Source: Eledone cirrhosa
Lineage: Eukaryota
Length of the DNA: 64,000 nucleotides
NCBI GenBank assembly: GCA_964016885.1
Contig: OZ024748.1
Coordinates: 23,002,001-23,066,000, forward strand
Reading direction: 5' to 3'
Positions within the stretch are counted from its first letter, which is position 1; every line of letters begins with the position of its first letter. The notes under the pieces are model-generated. The model had not been told where the DNA came from. It did no database searches and saw nothing but the letters and a program-made list of their open reading frames with translations. This document shows, one piece after another, positions 41,439-56,000 of this stretch. Both the position numbers and the translations under genes were made by a program.

Positions 41439-42542
41439 TATATATACATATATATATATATATAAGATCAAAAGATGGTTAAAAGAGTTCCATGTATTTT
41501 ATTATGCGCATTTCAAAAACAAATATCATCATGGGATGATATTTGCGTTCTCATCAGATAAAATAGGGAGACATGATATGAAGCTTAAAAAACACTTGCG
41601 AGCAGTGAAGTGTTAAATCTACATATGAAAAATAAAGTAAGATGGATATATGAGATTGGGAAAAAAAGGAGAGGGGGGAAGGTAAGGAAGAGGAAGAAAG
41701 AAAATAAAGGATGACGGGGGAGGAGTATAAGAAGGAAGGATGAGAGAGGAGGAGAAATGAATGAGAGAGAGAGAGAGAGAGATAGCCTTTAATACTGAGA
41801 AACACTGTCTCACAGAGAGAAATTTAAAAAACTGTTGTAAGATAATAGATAATTCAAAAAAAATTTGAAATTTAAAGTTAATGAGGTTTATGAATGGTGA
41901 TGTTTATGATTAAAGAAAAAGGAATTAAGAATAGTATTTATTTAAGGTTTATATATTGAAGGGTTTAATAATATGTGCGAAAAGGAATTTATTAATATGT
42001 ATTATTAAAATAAAAATATTAAGGATATAAGGTGAATGAAGAAAAGAATAAATGAATTATGAACTTAGAGGAATTAGTTAGGGTTTAAGTTTGTTTTTAT
42101 GTATTGTAATATGTAAAAGTAAATAATAGGTTTAATACGAGCACGGAAGGAGAGAAGAAAGAAGAACATTTAAGGAAGAAAAAATATAACGTCAAAAAAT
42201 ATGTATGTTTACAAAATTTACTAATGGTAATATATTAAAAATATAGCTTGTATGGCCATGAATATAAGGAAAATGAATTATGAACTTTTGTAAATTTGCA
42301 CATAGCATAACTAGGCTGTAGTACCACCGTGGAAACATTTGTAAGCACACGGAATAAATTACCTTTTTATGATGTCTACCTGTTATTATTCATTCTTTAT
42401 ATACACTCCGGAATACAGAAGGATCAGGAACTAAGTTTCTTCAACAATTCTTCCATAACTCGTAGAGTAACCTCTTACCGTACGTCAACCATATCCAGTG
42501 TAGTAATTAACCATTACTACATCTTGGATAATCCTATACCTA

Positions 42543-42600
<58 letters not shown>

Positions 42601-42605
<5 letters not shown>

Positions 42606-43035
42606 TGATCGAGTATCGAAAAATCGGCGCACGAGTTCACGATAAACAAAATTCGAAATGAGCGGCAGAGGGCTCAATAATTCAGATGAATCAGAGCTAT
42701 AACTATCGTTAACATACCGTCACACATAGAACAAGTCTAAAATCAACCATACGATAAAAAATCGATAATAGAAGATTCGGGACAATCAGATAAAAAATAT
42801 CAATAAATCAATACATCAATAATTTAAATGAATGTAAAATCATACCCGGACCCACTAGAAAGGTGTTAAATCTAGCTTCTTGGGTTTCTGTAAATCCTTA
42901 GACTGTACTCTATCAGCTCACATATAAATATATAAGACTTCTAGAGTAAGCGGACTGGAAGTTTACTTCTTCAACGAGCTTCGTCCTAGCGGATAAGAGG
43001 CTAACTACAAGCAAAATACGCACATAGCTATGAAT
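42601..43035 (-). repeat. Dispersed diverged copy of the 615-bp tandem unit
   Basis: Reverse complement of the unit in 56711-59401, with the same terminus against (TA)n. Confidence 0.85.
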
Positions 43036-43227
43036 AACACAGTGGCAGCTAACGCCACCAGGCGGTGCCCGGCAGAAGCAAGGGGGACAATCGTCGATGC
43101 ATTTCGAACTCTACTGGTTCTCGTTAGGACGATCTCTCTCGCTCTTGCAACTGCCGGACATTCAAAACAGGCGAAATTTACACAGACGAAAAAACTATAT
43201 ATTTTCGACTGTTTTTAATGTCCACGT

Positions 43228-43790
43228 GACGCCACTGCACTGTATCCCCGACGCCACTGCACTGTATCCCCGACGCCACTGCACTGTATCCCCGACGCCA
43301 CTGCACTGTATCCCCGAAGAAAAAGTTCCGCATCTACAATGTGTCAGCCTTCTCCGTTCTCCTCAGTGGAGCAGAAACGTGGCCCTTCGCGATAACCTTG
43401 GCAAAGAGGATCAAAAGCTTCGATAACAGAACTCCGAGAACCATCGACAGCATGAGATGGTACTACCATGTTTACAACAAAGAGCTGTGTACGTGCACCC
43501 ATCAGCCCATAGCCTCCCACCCTATAGCGATCCGCGGCATGCACTGGTACAGACATGTCCTCCGCCTCCAGTCAGATCATTTTACCAGGGCCTTAATCTC
43601 GTGAGACGCAACTGCAGCAGCGGGCTGGAAGAGACCTCGTGGTAGACCCTCGCACCAGATGGCTGGATTTGATTAAGGAAGATCTCCAGAGACTCAACGT
43701 TACCTTTGAGGATGCAGAGAGGTTGGAACGGCGCTGCTAGCGATAGAGGGTACCGGTGAACCTCGTCGGCTCTACATACAATGACACCTC
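43228..43790 (+). mobile_element. RTE-like LINE 3' fragment preceded by four copies of a 22-bp repeat
   Basis: SVLLSGAETW..KRIKSFDNR..WYRHVLR; GACGCCACTGCACTGTATCCCC x4 at 43228-43317. Confidence 0.75.
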
Positions 43791-43865
43791 TGGGATCACT
43801 GACCTAGGATGATACCTGTCCCACCGAGCAAGAGTAAAGAAGAAATATATATATAATAATAATAA

Positions 43866-43995
43866 TTGTTTCTACTTTTGGCACAAGGCCAGCAATTACC
43901 CAGTGTATTACTGGTACTTTATTTTATCAACCCCGTAAGGATGAAAGGCAAAGTTAACCTCGGCGGGATTTGAACTCAGAATGGTAAGGGCCGTA
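43866..43995 (-). mobile_element. SINE family A, 5'-truncated
   Basis: Homology to the other copies; (ATT)n tail in element sense. Confidence 0.8.
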
Positions 43996-44183
43996 AATAA
44001 TATTATTTATACTTATATATACACTATATATAATTATAAACAGGAAAGGTCAGTAATTCATTACTACCTTATTACCAGTAAGAAAAAAAAATAGCTCAAT
44101 GTAAATACATCAGATGTTTTACAGAGCCGGAATATAAATTACAGAATAATCAAAACTATGTTCATAGTTTTGATTATTCTGTA

Positions 44184-44285
<102 letters not shown>

Positions 44286-44386
44286 ATATATATTATATAG
44301 GAACCAGTAAGACCCCGACAGCTGAGCTCAAGCCGTTTCGACGGCTAATTCTGGACTAAACCTGGTTCCTTACCACATTTCCTTCG

Positions 44387-44588
<202 letters not shown>

Positions 44589-44807
44589 TGTAATAAACAA
44601 CATAAGGCAATTATTCCATTTACCAGTGGTTTCTTAAAAGCAAAAAATTTTGCTTTCAATCATCAGAATGAAAAAATCCTGGAGTATTTATTGACGTTGT
44701 ATTTTAAAAAGGTTTTTAAAATCCAACGTCAATAAATACTCCAGGATTTACCTACATAGAGCACTCTTTTTACCTGGACTTTTCCGACGGAATTACTTCA
44801 CATATAT

Positions 44808-44892
<85 letters not shown>

Positions 44893-44895
<3 letters not shown>

Positions 44896-45089
44896 CGAAG
44901 GAAATGTGGTAAGGAACCAGGTGGACCACAACGCACCAAAGTACTCAATACTTGAGGTAGTAGAGTGGGTAATAGGAACCAGTAAGACCCCGACAGCTGA
45001 GCTCAAGCCGTTTCGACGGCTAATTCTGGACTCAGTCCAGAATTAGCCGTCGAAACGGCTTGAGCTCAGCTGTCGGGGTCTTACTGGTT

Positions 45090-45093
<4 letters not shown>
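44893..45093 (-). mobile_element. Fold-back element (same family as 8452-8642)
   Basis: Near-perfect palindrome at 44973-45093; (TA)n on both sides. Confidence 0.75.
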
Positions 45094-45163
<70 letters not shown>

Positions 45164-45500
45164 TATATATATATTTATATATATATATTTATATATATAT
45201 ATATAAATATATATATATAATACAAAAACGATTTGTTAAGCGTTCATTACGTTTATTGATTGGTGACGGGCGTTCATTTTGTCATTACAACAGGTCCGAC
45301 GAGCTTTCGATTCATTCTAAAGTTGGGTTAGATCGATACAGATCGAAGCTGGAGCTGATCAATAAACGATAAACGCAATGAAGGCTTAACAAATCGTCGT
45401 TCTATTATCTGTCTAGCTTTACACTTCGCTACTGACGCGAAACTAAACATGGAGTACTCACCTGGGTGAACCTACAGTAACTTCGCGTTACACTCCCTGG

Positions 45501-45659
<159 letters not shown>

Positions 45660-45731
45660 AATGGTTACACAACAGTTAGTTCACCATACCGAGAACAATT
45701 GTTTCACCTTAGCGGATCCTCAGCTCGTAAT

Positions 45732-45782
<51 letters not shown>

Positions 45783-46258
45783 TATATATATATACATATC
45801 AAAACGTGTACGATTGTTGTGAGCAACAATGAGTCTGCTATTCTCAAAGCCTACTTTCCAATACTTCGCCTTCAGGGTTGTGGGGCATGATAGTTTTATG
45901 AATATATATACATTATATAATACGTGTGTATGTATGTGTTTGTGTGTGTTTGTGCGTGTGCGTATGTGTGTTTCTGTATGTATGTATAAGTAGAAATGTA
46001 GAAATATCTGTAGGTGTGAAAAGGGAAAAAGGAAAACAGTGCTCAGTGGGGAAGAGAGCTGATATATATTATATTATTTATTTATGTTCATACAGGAACA
46101 AAAGCGCTACCTAAGGTTTCAAGGCCCAATACTGACCACATCTCCAGAATGTAAGAGGGATCAAAGTTGTGACCTAATCTTAAAACCTGAAGTAGAGCTT
46201 ATGTCCCGATGAACATAAATAATATAATATAATATAATATAATATAATATAATATAAT

Positions 46259-46444
46259 TGTTTCTACTTTAGGCACAAGGCCAGCAATTACCCAGTGCAT
46301 TACTGGTACTTTATTTTATCGACCCCGTAAGGATGAAAGGCAAAGTTAACCTCGGCGGGATTTGAACTCAGATCGTAAAGGGACATAACTATGCTGGAAA
46401 GCATGGCGTCCGACCCTCTACCGATACTGCCAATCCACTGCCCT
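46259..46444 (-). mobile_element. SINE family A inserted in an (ATAAT)n pentanucleotide array
   Basis: (ATAAT)n on both flanks (46218-46258 and 46447-46562). Confidence 0.9.
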
Positions 46445-46849
46445 GTATATAATATAATATAATATAATATAATATAATATAATATAATATAATATAATAT
46501 AATATAATATAATATAATATAATATAATATAATATAATATAATATAATATAATATAATATATATATGTGTGTGTATATATATATATCGAAGTACGTAAGT
46601 ATATATATATATATAGTGTGTGTGTGTGTGTACATGGGTCTCTCTCTCTGAGTTTGTGTGCTTTTCTCACAGTGTATTTTAAAACCAGGTTCAGCTATTG
46701 CTGCTGCTGCTGTTGTTGTTTTTGTTGTTGTTCTTGTTCAGTCCCACGTTCATGGTTCAGTGTCTGCTTGCAGTAAAAACATGCTTTATTATTATTATTA
46801 TTATTATTTTTTTATTTTTATTTTCTTTTATAAATAATAAAAATATTTA

Positions 46850-46966
46850 CACGCACAACACCCACATCGTACCGTCCTGTACCGTCCTGTACCGTCTGTA
46901 ATGTTTTTTTTTATGTCAGCCCTTGTGGCCAATAAAGAAATCATTATTATTATTATTATTATTATT
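46850..46966 (+). mobile_element. 3'-terminal fragment of a Tx1-like LINE
   Basis: GTACCGTCCTGTA..AATAAAGAAA.C(ATT)n matches the 3' UTR at 54390-54482. Confidence 0.6.
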
Positions 46967-48969
46967 GTTCTTTGAGTCTCAGTCATTGATGTTAGTTAAC
47001 TGGAAAGTTTGTTGAAATGAATATAAAGCCACTACCTGCGGCCTCAGATATTCAGGACGTATCGGAGGGTTCTTGCTGTTCCCAGCAAGCATGCCTTTTG
47101 AAGCGTTCCAAAAAGCGTAGCGGGGCCAATTTTCTTTAACCATCCCTGGAAACTTTTGGAGATAGTCCCCAGTGCGCCTATGACAATCGGGACCACTTTG
47201 ACTTCATGGCAGTTCCAAATCCTTTTTACCTCCCACTTTAAGTCCTGGTATCGGTTAATTTTTTCCCTCTCCTTCTCTTGCACTCTCGTGTCGAATGGGC
47301 AGGGCACATCCACAATCAGGCACGATCTTTTTTCCTTGTCCAAAACTACCGGGTCAGGTCTATTGTGTTCCAGTTTCTTGTCCGTCTGTATCCTAAAATC
47401 CCACAGCACCTTCACCTGATCGTTTTCTATCACCGACTCTGGTTTATGCTCATACCACTTCTCAGAATGTGGTAAATTGTTTACTTTGCATCGGTACCAG
47501 TGGATCACCCTGCCCATCACATCATGTCTCCAGCCCTTATAGTGAGTCTGGGCTACGTGTTTACACTAGGATACAATGTGAGCCACAGTCTCCTCTCTCT
47601 CTCCACAGATCCTGCACAGTGGGCTAGCCTCCTCCTTGTAAATATGGTGTTTCAACCACTTCGTTTTGAGGGCCTGCTCTTGCGCAGCCATTAACATTCC
47701 TTCTATAGCCTTTTTAAGGTCTCCTCTTTTCAACAAGTTCCATGTCTGTGGATCTCTGAATTCAGTTTTCTCAAAGAAGGTACTATGAAGGGATTTTTCC
47801 TGAAGGCTGCTCTTTCTCCTTGTTGTTATTTCCTCCTTGGACATCCCCTGGTCTATTGTCCTCTCCTTCAGTACAGTTCTGAGCATTGGCTCCTTACTAT
47901 CAGTCACGTATTTGTGTAGGTTGTTTTTCTCCATCTGAACATAGTCCTCTATGCTGATAAGACCTCTTCCACCTTCAGATCTCCTTAAGTAGAGTCTATC
48001 GACATCACTCCTCTTGTGGAACATGTTGTAGATAGTCAATAGCTTCCTAGTCTTCCTATCCATTTCTTTTTGTTCAGCAACATTCCATCTCAGAATTACC
48101 GCATTGTACCTAATAATAGACACAGCTCGGGAATTTACTGCACTTATGGCATTCCTACTGTTCAGATGTGACTTTAATACGCTCCTTATTCTCCGAATGT
48201 ATTCAGATCTTATCAATTCCTTAATTTTTTTGTTCTTGATGTCATCAGCCTCCAGAACACCCAAATACTTGTATCCTTCTTCAGTGTCAATTTCCTTTAT
48301 CATCTCACCTGCTGGTACCTGGATTCCGTTGCTTCTGCTCAATTTACCCCTCTTCATCACAAGGACTCCACACTTACTAATACCAAATTGCATACATATA
48401 TCATTGCTGAAAATACGGACAGTGTCAACAAGCACATCCAACTCCTTCTCACTCTTCTCGAAGAGCTTAAGATCGTCCATGAAGAGGAGGTGATTGATGG
48501 TAAGCCCTCCCTTTCCCAACCTTTATCCTGCTCTCACTTTTCGCAATATAATGGTCAGGGGCATCAGGGCAAGGACAAACAACAGAGGGGACAGACTATC
48601 TCCCTGGAAGATACCTCTCTTGATCTTCACGCCTCCCAAGGATTCTCCAGCTGATGTTAACTCTGTTTCCCAGGACTTCATACTTTTGCCCAACAACTGT
48701 CTGATGTTATCTGCCACCTTGAAGATCTCTAGGCTTTTGGTGATCCAAGAATGAGGCACCATGTCAAATGCCTTTTTGTAGTCTATCCATCCTATGGCAA
48801 GACCAGTGTGTCTCCTCTTGCAATTCCTCATTACCATCTTATCAATAAGTAACTGGTCCTTTGTACCACAGGACTTCTTTCGGCATCCTTTCTGTTCGTT
48901 CGATAACAAGTTGTTTGTGTGGAGGTGATGGTAGATTTCCTCAGACATAAAGCTTGTCAACAGTTACCA
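46967..48969 (-). mobile_element. 5'-truncated Dong/R4-like LINE (RT, CCHC, restriction-like endonuclease), frameshifted
   Basis: WIDYKKAFDMVPH, GIFQGDSLSP, LFMDD, CRICGEREETVAHI, HNRPD..IVDVPCP..EKINRY; (AAT)n tail in element sense. Confidence 0.9.
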
Positions 48970-50770
48970 ATGACTGCAAGTGTTAAAGCCGCCACCACCA
49001 CCACCACTGCGACAACCCCCACCCCCACCACCACCACAGCGACAACAGAAACAAAAGAAAAAAATAAATTAACTCGTGATATCGAAATGAATTCAACCAA
49101 AATGAACTCTTCCACACCGAACACCACTGACGCCTCCACCACCACAACTGAAACTAAAATTAACAATAGCAAAAATAACGATAACAACAACAGCAACAAT
49201 GAAATTAAGAAAACTATCCTGAGTTTTGCCAGAGTAGCAAAAACGTGCGAAGCGATCCAGGTAACTCAGGAGGAATTAGAAGAAGCCAAAGGAATGGTAA
49301 AGAAAGATGGGTACAGGGTCAGCCTCACCCACCCGCACACACCTAATAAAATGGAGCAACGTCGCCTATACACCGTGTCTTAATGGACAATTAACATAAA
49401 ATCGCGGCGATTGGAACGGGCATCTGAGTCCCAAATCCAAAAAGCTTTGGGACATGTGTGGGCAAAAAAACCCCACATCAGACGTGGGCAGAAGTATGGA
49501 ACCGTGGACGTGTTCTTTGAAACACCACAGGAGACCAGAGAATACTCCATGGCCCCATTAAGAAGTGACGACTTCACACTCGTCCCAAGCTATTGTGGCC
49601 AGAGACTTGTGAAGATCAGGGTGACCCACATTCCACCGGCCATCGAAATTCCCTGGCTAATGGCTGCCGTCCTCGCCGGCATCGAGGCCAACACCAAGAT
49701 AATTGAAATAGCGAAAGAAAAGCAGGAGAACTGGTCCGGATCTGGGATGGAGCTCCTGATCCAAGCGGACCATAAAAGCATTGAGGAGATCCCAGAGGTA
49801 ATAGACCTCACTGACGGCAGCCACCTCACCGTAATCGTCGAGGGCAGAAGACCTAGGTGTGTCGTTTGTGGTGAAGGAACCCACCTAAGGGCTTTCTGCC
49901 CTCAGGCTAAAAGGTTGAGGCCACCTCTCTTACCCACCCCAGTGACTCAACCATCAACACCACCAGCAGCAGAAATAGCAGCAACAACTATAGCAGCAAC
50001 AACAGAAGCAACTGTAACAGCAACAACCCCAGCAACAGTAGCAAAACCAACACCACCACCACCCAACGCGCCAGAACTAGCACCACCGCCTACACCATCC
50101 ACCACGCCACAACCAAAACCAACGCCTGTGGAGGATTTTCCACTCCCGGCCTATCACAACTGGAGACAGATTGTGACGACGAGGAGTGGGAAACGGTATC
50201 AGGAAAAAAGAAAAAAAGAAACCAAAAAAGAAAAAAATTCTCTTCCTTCCCCCTCCAAAAACAAAATACAGAGGGAAACAAATAAATTATCAAACAAAAA
50301 AGTTAGGACAGATATGCCACCATCCACACCAGCATCACCAACCCCATCACCACAAACACCAACACCATCACCATCATTAACACCAACACCATCATCACCA
50401 ACACCACAAAAGTCACCAAAAAGCGTAACAGAAACAAACCCACAACAAACGCAAACAAAACAACCAAAACGATACACACTACACAGCATTAAATTTGAAT
50501 AACAATCAATTATTACACTACATGCAACACAACACCAGAATCACAGAAAAAGACGACACAACAACCCAAAAGTTCACACCACCTCCACACATACAAATCA
50601 CTCGCATCACACAGAAAACGTACACGATACTAAAACAAAAATTCCCCAAAGACATCGGAGACTTCCGACAAACACTCTCCAGGAGGATTTATAAGGACAT
50701 CCTTCCGGAGGAGGCCACAAGCAGTGAAAAGGATGGACAAACCATCCTTCTTCTACGAGAAGTAAGGTAA
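48970..50770 (+). pseudogene. LINE ORF1 (gag-like, one CCHC knuckle, Pro/Thr-rich tail)
   Basis: CVVCGEGTHLRAFC; in-frame stop at 49381-49383 and probable frameshift near 50500. Confidence 0.75.
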
Positions 50771-50804
50771 GTGGTCTTTCCCATCTTTTCCACTCCATTT
50801 CAAC

Positions 50805-53800
50805 ATGACCTCACTCAGAATAGGCAGCATAAATGTGCGTGGCTTGGGGTCGTCATGGAAGCAGAGCCACCTGCTCAACGACCTCAGGTCACTAAACATA
50901 GATGTAGTGGCCATCAGCGAGACCAGAATCTCCGAAGAACGGGCCTTCACCGATTTTTGGCGGCTACGATGTGTACGCATCTCCCAGCCGTCCGGGATCG
51001 GGGGGAGGAGTTGCTGTGCTTTTTCGGAGAGGTTTGGATCTCGCCATACGGGCCATCTTCCTGGACCGAGAAGGTAAGTTGGTGGTGCTAGAAGTGACCA
51101 GCGGAGACGGGCAAGCTTTCAGGCTAGTGGCCGTCTATGCCCCGACAGGAGCAGGGCGGCCTGATTTCTTCCGGCGTCTGGAGACCTTTCTTGGAACGTC
51201 CCGCTCTTTAGTGTTAGTGGGCGACTGGAACGGGATCTTAGATGCACGCTGGGACTGTGTGGGATTAGCGGATAGGGGAGGAGGGTGCAAGAGCCTCACC
51301 AACCTGCTCAGACGTTTTGAACTGTCTGACAGGTACCGATTGGATTTCCCGAATGTGCCAATGTGGACTTGGACAAATCGTATAGGGTCATCCAGATCAT
51401 ATCTAGATAGAGTATTTTGTAGAGAAATAGATAGGTCTAGCATAGGCTGTCCACAATTCAAGATAGTCAGCTACACGGACCACAAATTCGTGATCTGTGT
51501 GCTTGACTTAGATAGGCTTCATAGACGAGGACCCGGCTACTGGAAGCTAAACGCGTCCTTACCAGTGCGCAAGGCCTACAGAGACCGGATTAGCGAACTA
51601 GTTAAGCGGGCGTTGACGGGGGCCATCGTCAACAACAAGTGGTGGTTTGCACTGAAAAGAGCAATTACAATAGAGTCCATTAGTTTTAGTAAGGCTTTAG
51701 CAATAGAGAAAAAAGTTAGAGAATTAGTTAGAAAATTAGACGAGGCGCTTAGCAAAGGCATCGTGACCGACGTACTTGCGGCGAAATTGGCCCTTGACCA
51801 ATTCTTCAATGCAAAGCACGAAGGCTGCGTTGTCAGAGTTAGGGTGCGTGCTCTCAGACACGAGGGGACGAAAGCCGTTCAATGGGCCCGAGTGGCGGAG
51901 GCGCGTCGTGGCAACAAAGCCACGATCCGGTCTTTGGTGGACCACGACGGGCGCATGCTACTCGATCCCGGGCAAATGTGTGAAGCTTTTCAGCGACACT
52001 TCGCTCAGTTGTTCGGCGGCAGCGGCGGGCCGGATAGAGGGATGGACTTTAGTGTCTACCTCGACGGACTGCCGCGGCTCTCGGCCACTGAGGCGGAGTA
52101 TTGCGAAAAGCCGATAACAGCCGCTGAAGTACGGGAGGCAATGACTAGCTGCACAAGGGGTAAATCGCCTGGTTTGGATGGTCTGCCCTATGAACTTTAC
52201 GTACAGATGCCAGACTTGTTCCGAGGCCTCTTGGCGGACGTCTACTGCAACTGGCAACAGAACGGGAGAATTCCCAGCTCTGTGAGCCGAGGAGCTGTGG
52301 CGCTGCTGAGAAAGGATCCGAACAAGGGGGATAACATAGATAATTTTAGGCCCATAACTCTGCTAAACACAGAGTTCAAGATTTTGGCCAAGGTGCTAGC
52401 AAAGAGGTTGGCGCTTGTCGTTGGTGGTCTGGTGGGAGAGGCGCAGACATGCGCCATTCCCGACAGATCCATCCACGACAACCTCCACCTCATGCGATAC
52501 ATCGTAGAGAGAGTAGCTAGGGAACCTGGCACGGGTGGGTCCTTGATCAATTTAGATCAGTCGAAAGCTTTCGATAGGGTCGACCATCGTTACCTAGCGG
52601 CAGTCCTTAAGGCGGCTGGCTTTGGGCCCGTCTTCAGAGGCTGGATCGCTGCCATGCACAGCGACATCTGCTCTGTGGTGAGAGTGAACGGTCACCTTTC
52701 GGAACCGTTCAACATCATGCGCTCGGTCCGCCAAGGATGGCCCCTCTCGTCCCTCTTGTACGTATTGACTCTCGAGCCATTACTGCACAACCTGGAGACG
52801 TTGAGGGGGTTCCCGCGCGAACTAGGATGCGGAAGATCCGTGTCAGCATATGCAGACGATGTCACCGTAGTGGTGTCGAACGCCAAACACATCGAGGCGA
52901 TCGGCACTACACTAAGAGAATATGAAGCGGTGACAGGAGCAATGATCAACCAGGAAAAGTCAGTGGGCCTGCAGCTCGGCACCTGGAGAGGCAGGTCCAT
53001 GCCGTCCAACAGCGTCGTCGGACGCTGGACGGACGGACCAGTTAAATTGCTAGGGGTCTGGTTCCGTCCAGATCTTCAGACGGAGAAAAACTGGGACGAG
53101 GTGACGAGCAGGGTGACTTCTCTCACCCAGAAATGGGACGAGAGGAAGCTATCCCTGAAAGGTCGAGCGGAGGTGGCTAACGCGTATATCGCGTCCGTCA
53201 TCTACTACCGCCTGACCGTCGTACCTTGTCCTAAGCCTCGCCTGACTGCGCTGGAGCGTTTGCTCTTTCGCTTTTGTGGAAGGGACGTGCTCCAATGGTC
53301 AGGCGGTCCATCTGCTGTCAACACCCGCTACGTGGAGGGCTGGGCATGCCGTGGCTGATGATGCGCAGACACGCGCTCAGGCTACGACATCTCCACCTCT
53401 TCCTCGACGGTGATCAGGTGTGGTCGCCGTTTGCTAGACGCGTCTTTCCCCAGCTCGTCTCCTTGACGGAGCTGCAGTCCTGGGTCAAGCGAAGACCGAG
53501 AGGGAGCGCTTGGAGACTGGAATGTCTTCAGGCGCTCACAGCCCTCGACCAATGGGGCAATGTGATCGGTGGAAACTCCACCTTGGCGTTCTATAGAGGA
53601 TTAGTGGAGGGGAAGAGCGACGACGTACTTGGGGAAACTCTAGGCGTCGACGAAAATCAACTAGCCAATCTCTTCGGAAGAACTTTCGGGCCGGGGCCTA
53701 TGGACAACTTCCAGAAATCCCTGGCCTGGCAGTGCTACCGAGGAGTTTTGCCAGCTCGGGATAAACTCTACAGGCATGGAGGTGCCGTCAGCCGGGCATG

Positions 53801-54215
53801 TCCGAGATGCGCGCAGGGTGACGAAACCGTCCTGCACGCACTCGTCCAGTGTCCGAGAATTGCTGACTTGTGGGTTTATGTCGAACACCTGCTGTCGCGT
53901 GTAGGACGGATCCGGCTATCAGCTGAGTCCATCGTGAGGATTGCCCCGCCCTCTTTCTTTAGCCAGGAAGGGCAGGCATTTTTTCTCTGTCTGGTGGCCA
54001 TGGCGAAAGAGATAGTATGGTGGACACGTTTGAAGGGGCTGAAGACGAGCACTTACCTCTTCGGTGATGCCCTGATTAACTTTTTCAAATTTCATTTGAA
54101 AAGGAAAATCAGGTTAGAAAGGGAAGTGCTCTCTTCCCAGCATTTTGTTGAAAGATGGGTGAGAGACGCAAGAATGGCCCGAGTGAATGGGCCTACTCTG
54201 AGTATGTGTCTGTAA
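50805..54215 (+). pseudogene. LINE ORF2 (APE endonuclease, RT, C-terminal zinc finger) with two frameshifts
   Basis: SINVRGL, ISET, VYAP, GDWN, SYLDR, TDH, KSPGLDGLP, FRPITLLN, LDQSKAFDRVDH, VRQGWPLS, YADD, CPRC..ETVLHALVQC; frameshifts near 50970 and 53275. Confidence 0.9.
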
Positions 54216-54454
54216 ATTAAAGGTGAAAAACTGGGAGAGGACACTTGCCCTGGTGGTCAGGGTCACTGTGGCTTTTTAATGGGCTTTCTCCACGAATGTC
54301 CCTCGGAAGACTCCCCCCTATTGGGGAATTTTTTCATTGTTCTATTATTACATCCTCTGTTTCTTGTTTTTTACACACAGAAATGCCCATTTGTACCGTC
54401 CTGTATTGTCCTGTACTGTCCTTAATGTCTACTTTATGTAATTAATAAAGAAAG

Positions 54455-54495
<41 letters not shown>

Positions 54496-54687
54496 TTTTT
54501 ATCAAAACCAGATCCAGTTTCCGAATTGCTTCAGGAAGAACTCGACCAATCTATTGTACGAGCATAATATATGTTCCACGCCGTTTAATATTGAACCTAA
54601 ATTGATTACAAAAGAGTGAATAGTTTCAAAATAGCGTTGGTTGTGTGTTACACGTATGGCATAGAGTCATACAAACGTGCACGTTCG

Positions 54688-54847
<160 letters not shown>

Positions 54848-54908
54848 CACATATACATATATATACGATATTAAACAAATGGAAACTATATTTATAAAAC
54901 CATATTTA

Positions 54909-54970
54909 TTTCATTATACATATTTCAGGGATACCATATTAAAAATATGGCATGCCTTCGTCAGATAAAA
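54909..54970 (-). ncRNA. Type I hammerhead ribozyme motif within an inverted duplication
   Basis: UUUUAU-CUGACGA-AGG..CCU-GAAA-UAUGUA-UA-AUGAAA; about 72-bp inverted arms at 54861-54933 and 54985-55057. Confidence 0.65.
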
Positions 54971-55139
54971 TACAATATATAATATATCCCTGAAATATGT
55001 ATAATGAAATAAATATGGTTTTATAAATATAGTTTCCATTTGTTTAATATCGTATATCTACTCCAAAAACTTGTCGAGTGCTTTATATCAGTTATAAAAT
55101 ATTTACTTGTTGTAACCCAACAATTTTAAATAAAACTTT

Positions 55140-55181
<42 letters not shown>

Positions 55182-55266
55182 AAAAGTAAATGACAACAAC
55201 AAGGAGTACAGTTACGAAAGGTGTTAGGTATTAGGTTCACGCTTGAGAGTGGGGAGTGGTGGGTGT

Positions 55267-55306
<40 letters not shown>

Positions 55307-55373
55307 CTTGACGTTATAGTCACTTATATATTATGAAATACTGTTGGCTTCACGCTCACAATAATTTCTATAC

Positions 55374-55439
<66 letters not shown>

Positions 55440-55662
55440 GTTTGTATATGTATAATAAAGCCAAAAACAATGCAGGTATGGACATAGAATAAAGAATGCA
55501 AATGCAAAAGATGTTGTTGACAATTAGTCTTTTACCTTAGATTTATTTAAATGTCCTTACTTTTCGAGATAATATCTCTTCTTCGGAGGAAGTAAAGCGG
55601 TTAAACCAGTGTTCTAAATAGCTTGCCAAGTCAATATATATATATACCTATATATATATACA

Positions 55663-55881
55663 CAGTCTGTTTGCTCTTTACGCGAAGATGCGTTCGGGAA
55701 CGCGGCGTGTAAAGCATATTCACACGTAACATAACCCTAATATTTCTGATAGATAAAAAAAATTAAAACCCACTCGCGTTATAGCGCGTTATTCGCGTGA
55801 AGTGAATACTTAATATTTTTTTTCAAGAGACGTTAAAGCGAATTCACGTACTTCAACTTCGCGTCAAAATCGAACAGACTG
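55663..55881. mobile_element. Tc1/mariner-type MITE in (TA)n
   Basis: Imperfect TIRs of about 28 bp: CAGTCTGTTTGCTCTTTACGCGAAG and reverse complement CAGTCTGTTCGATTTTGACGCGAAG; TA on the right flank. Confidence 0.75.
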
Positions 55882-56000
55882 TAAATATAAATATATAAAT
55901 ATATATATAAATATATATATATATATATGCTCGCTTATAGCAGAGCTGTCAACATCGAGTTCCATACTGTGGCGAGCACATCAAAAACAAAAATAATAAT

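Larger units (their letters stand above)
48970..54482 (+). mobile_element. Near full-length Tx1/L1-clade LINE
   Basis: ORF1 and ORF2 layout, 3' UTR, AATAAA and (ATT)n tail. Confidence 0.9.
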
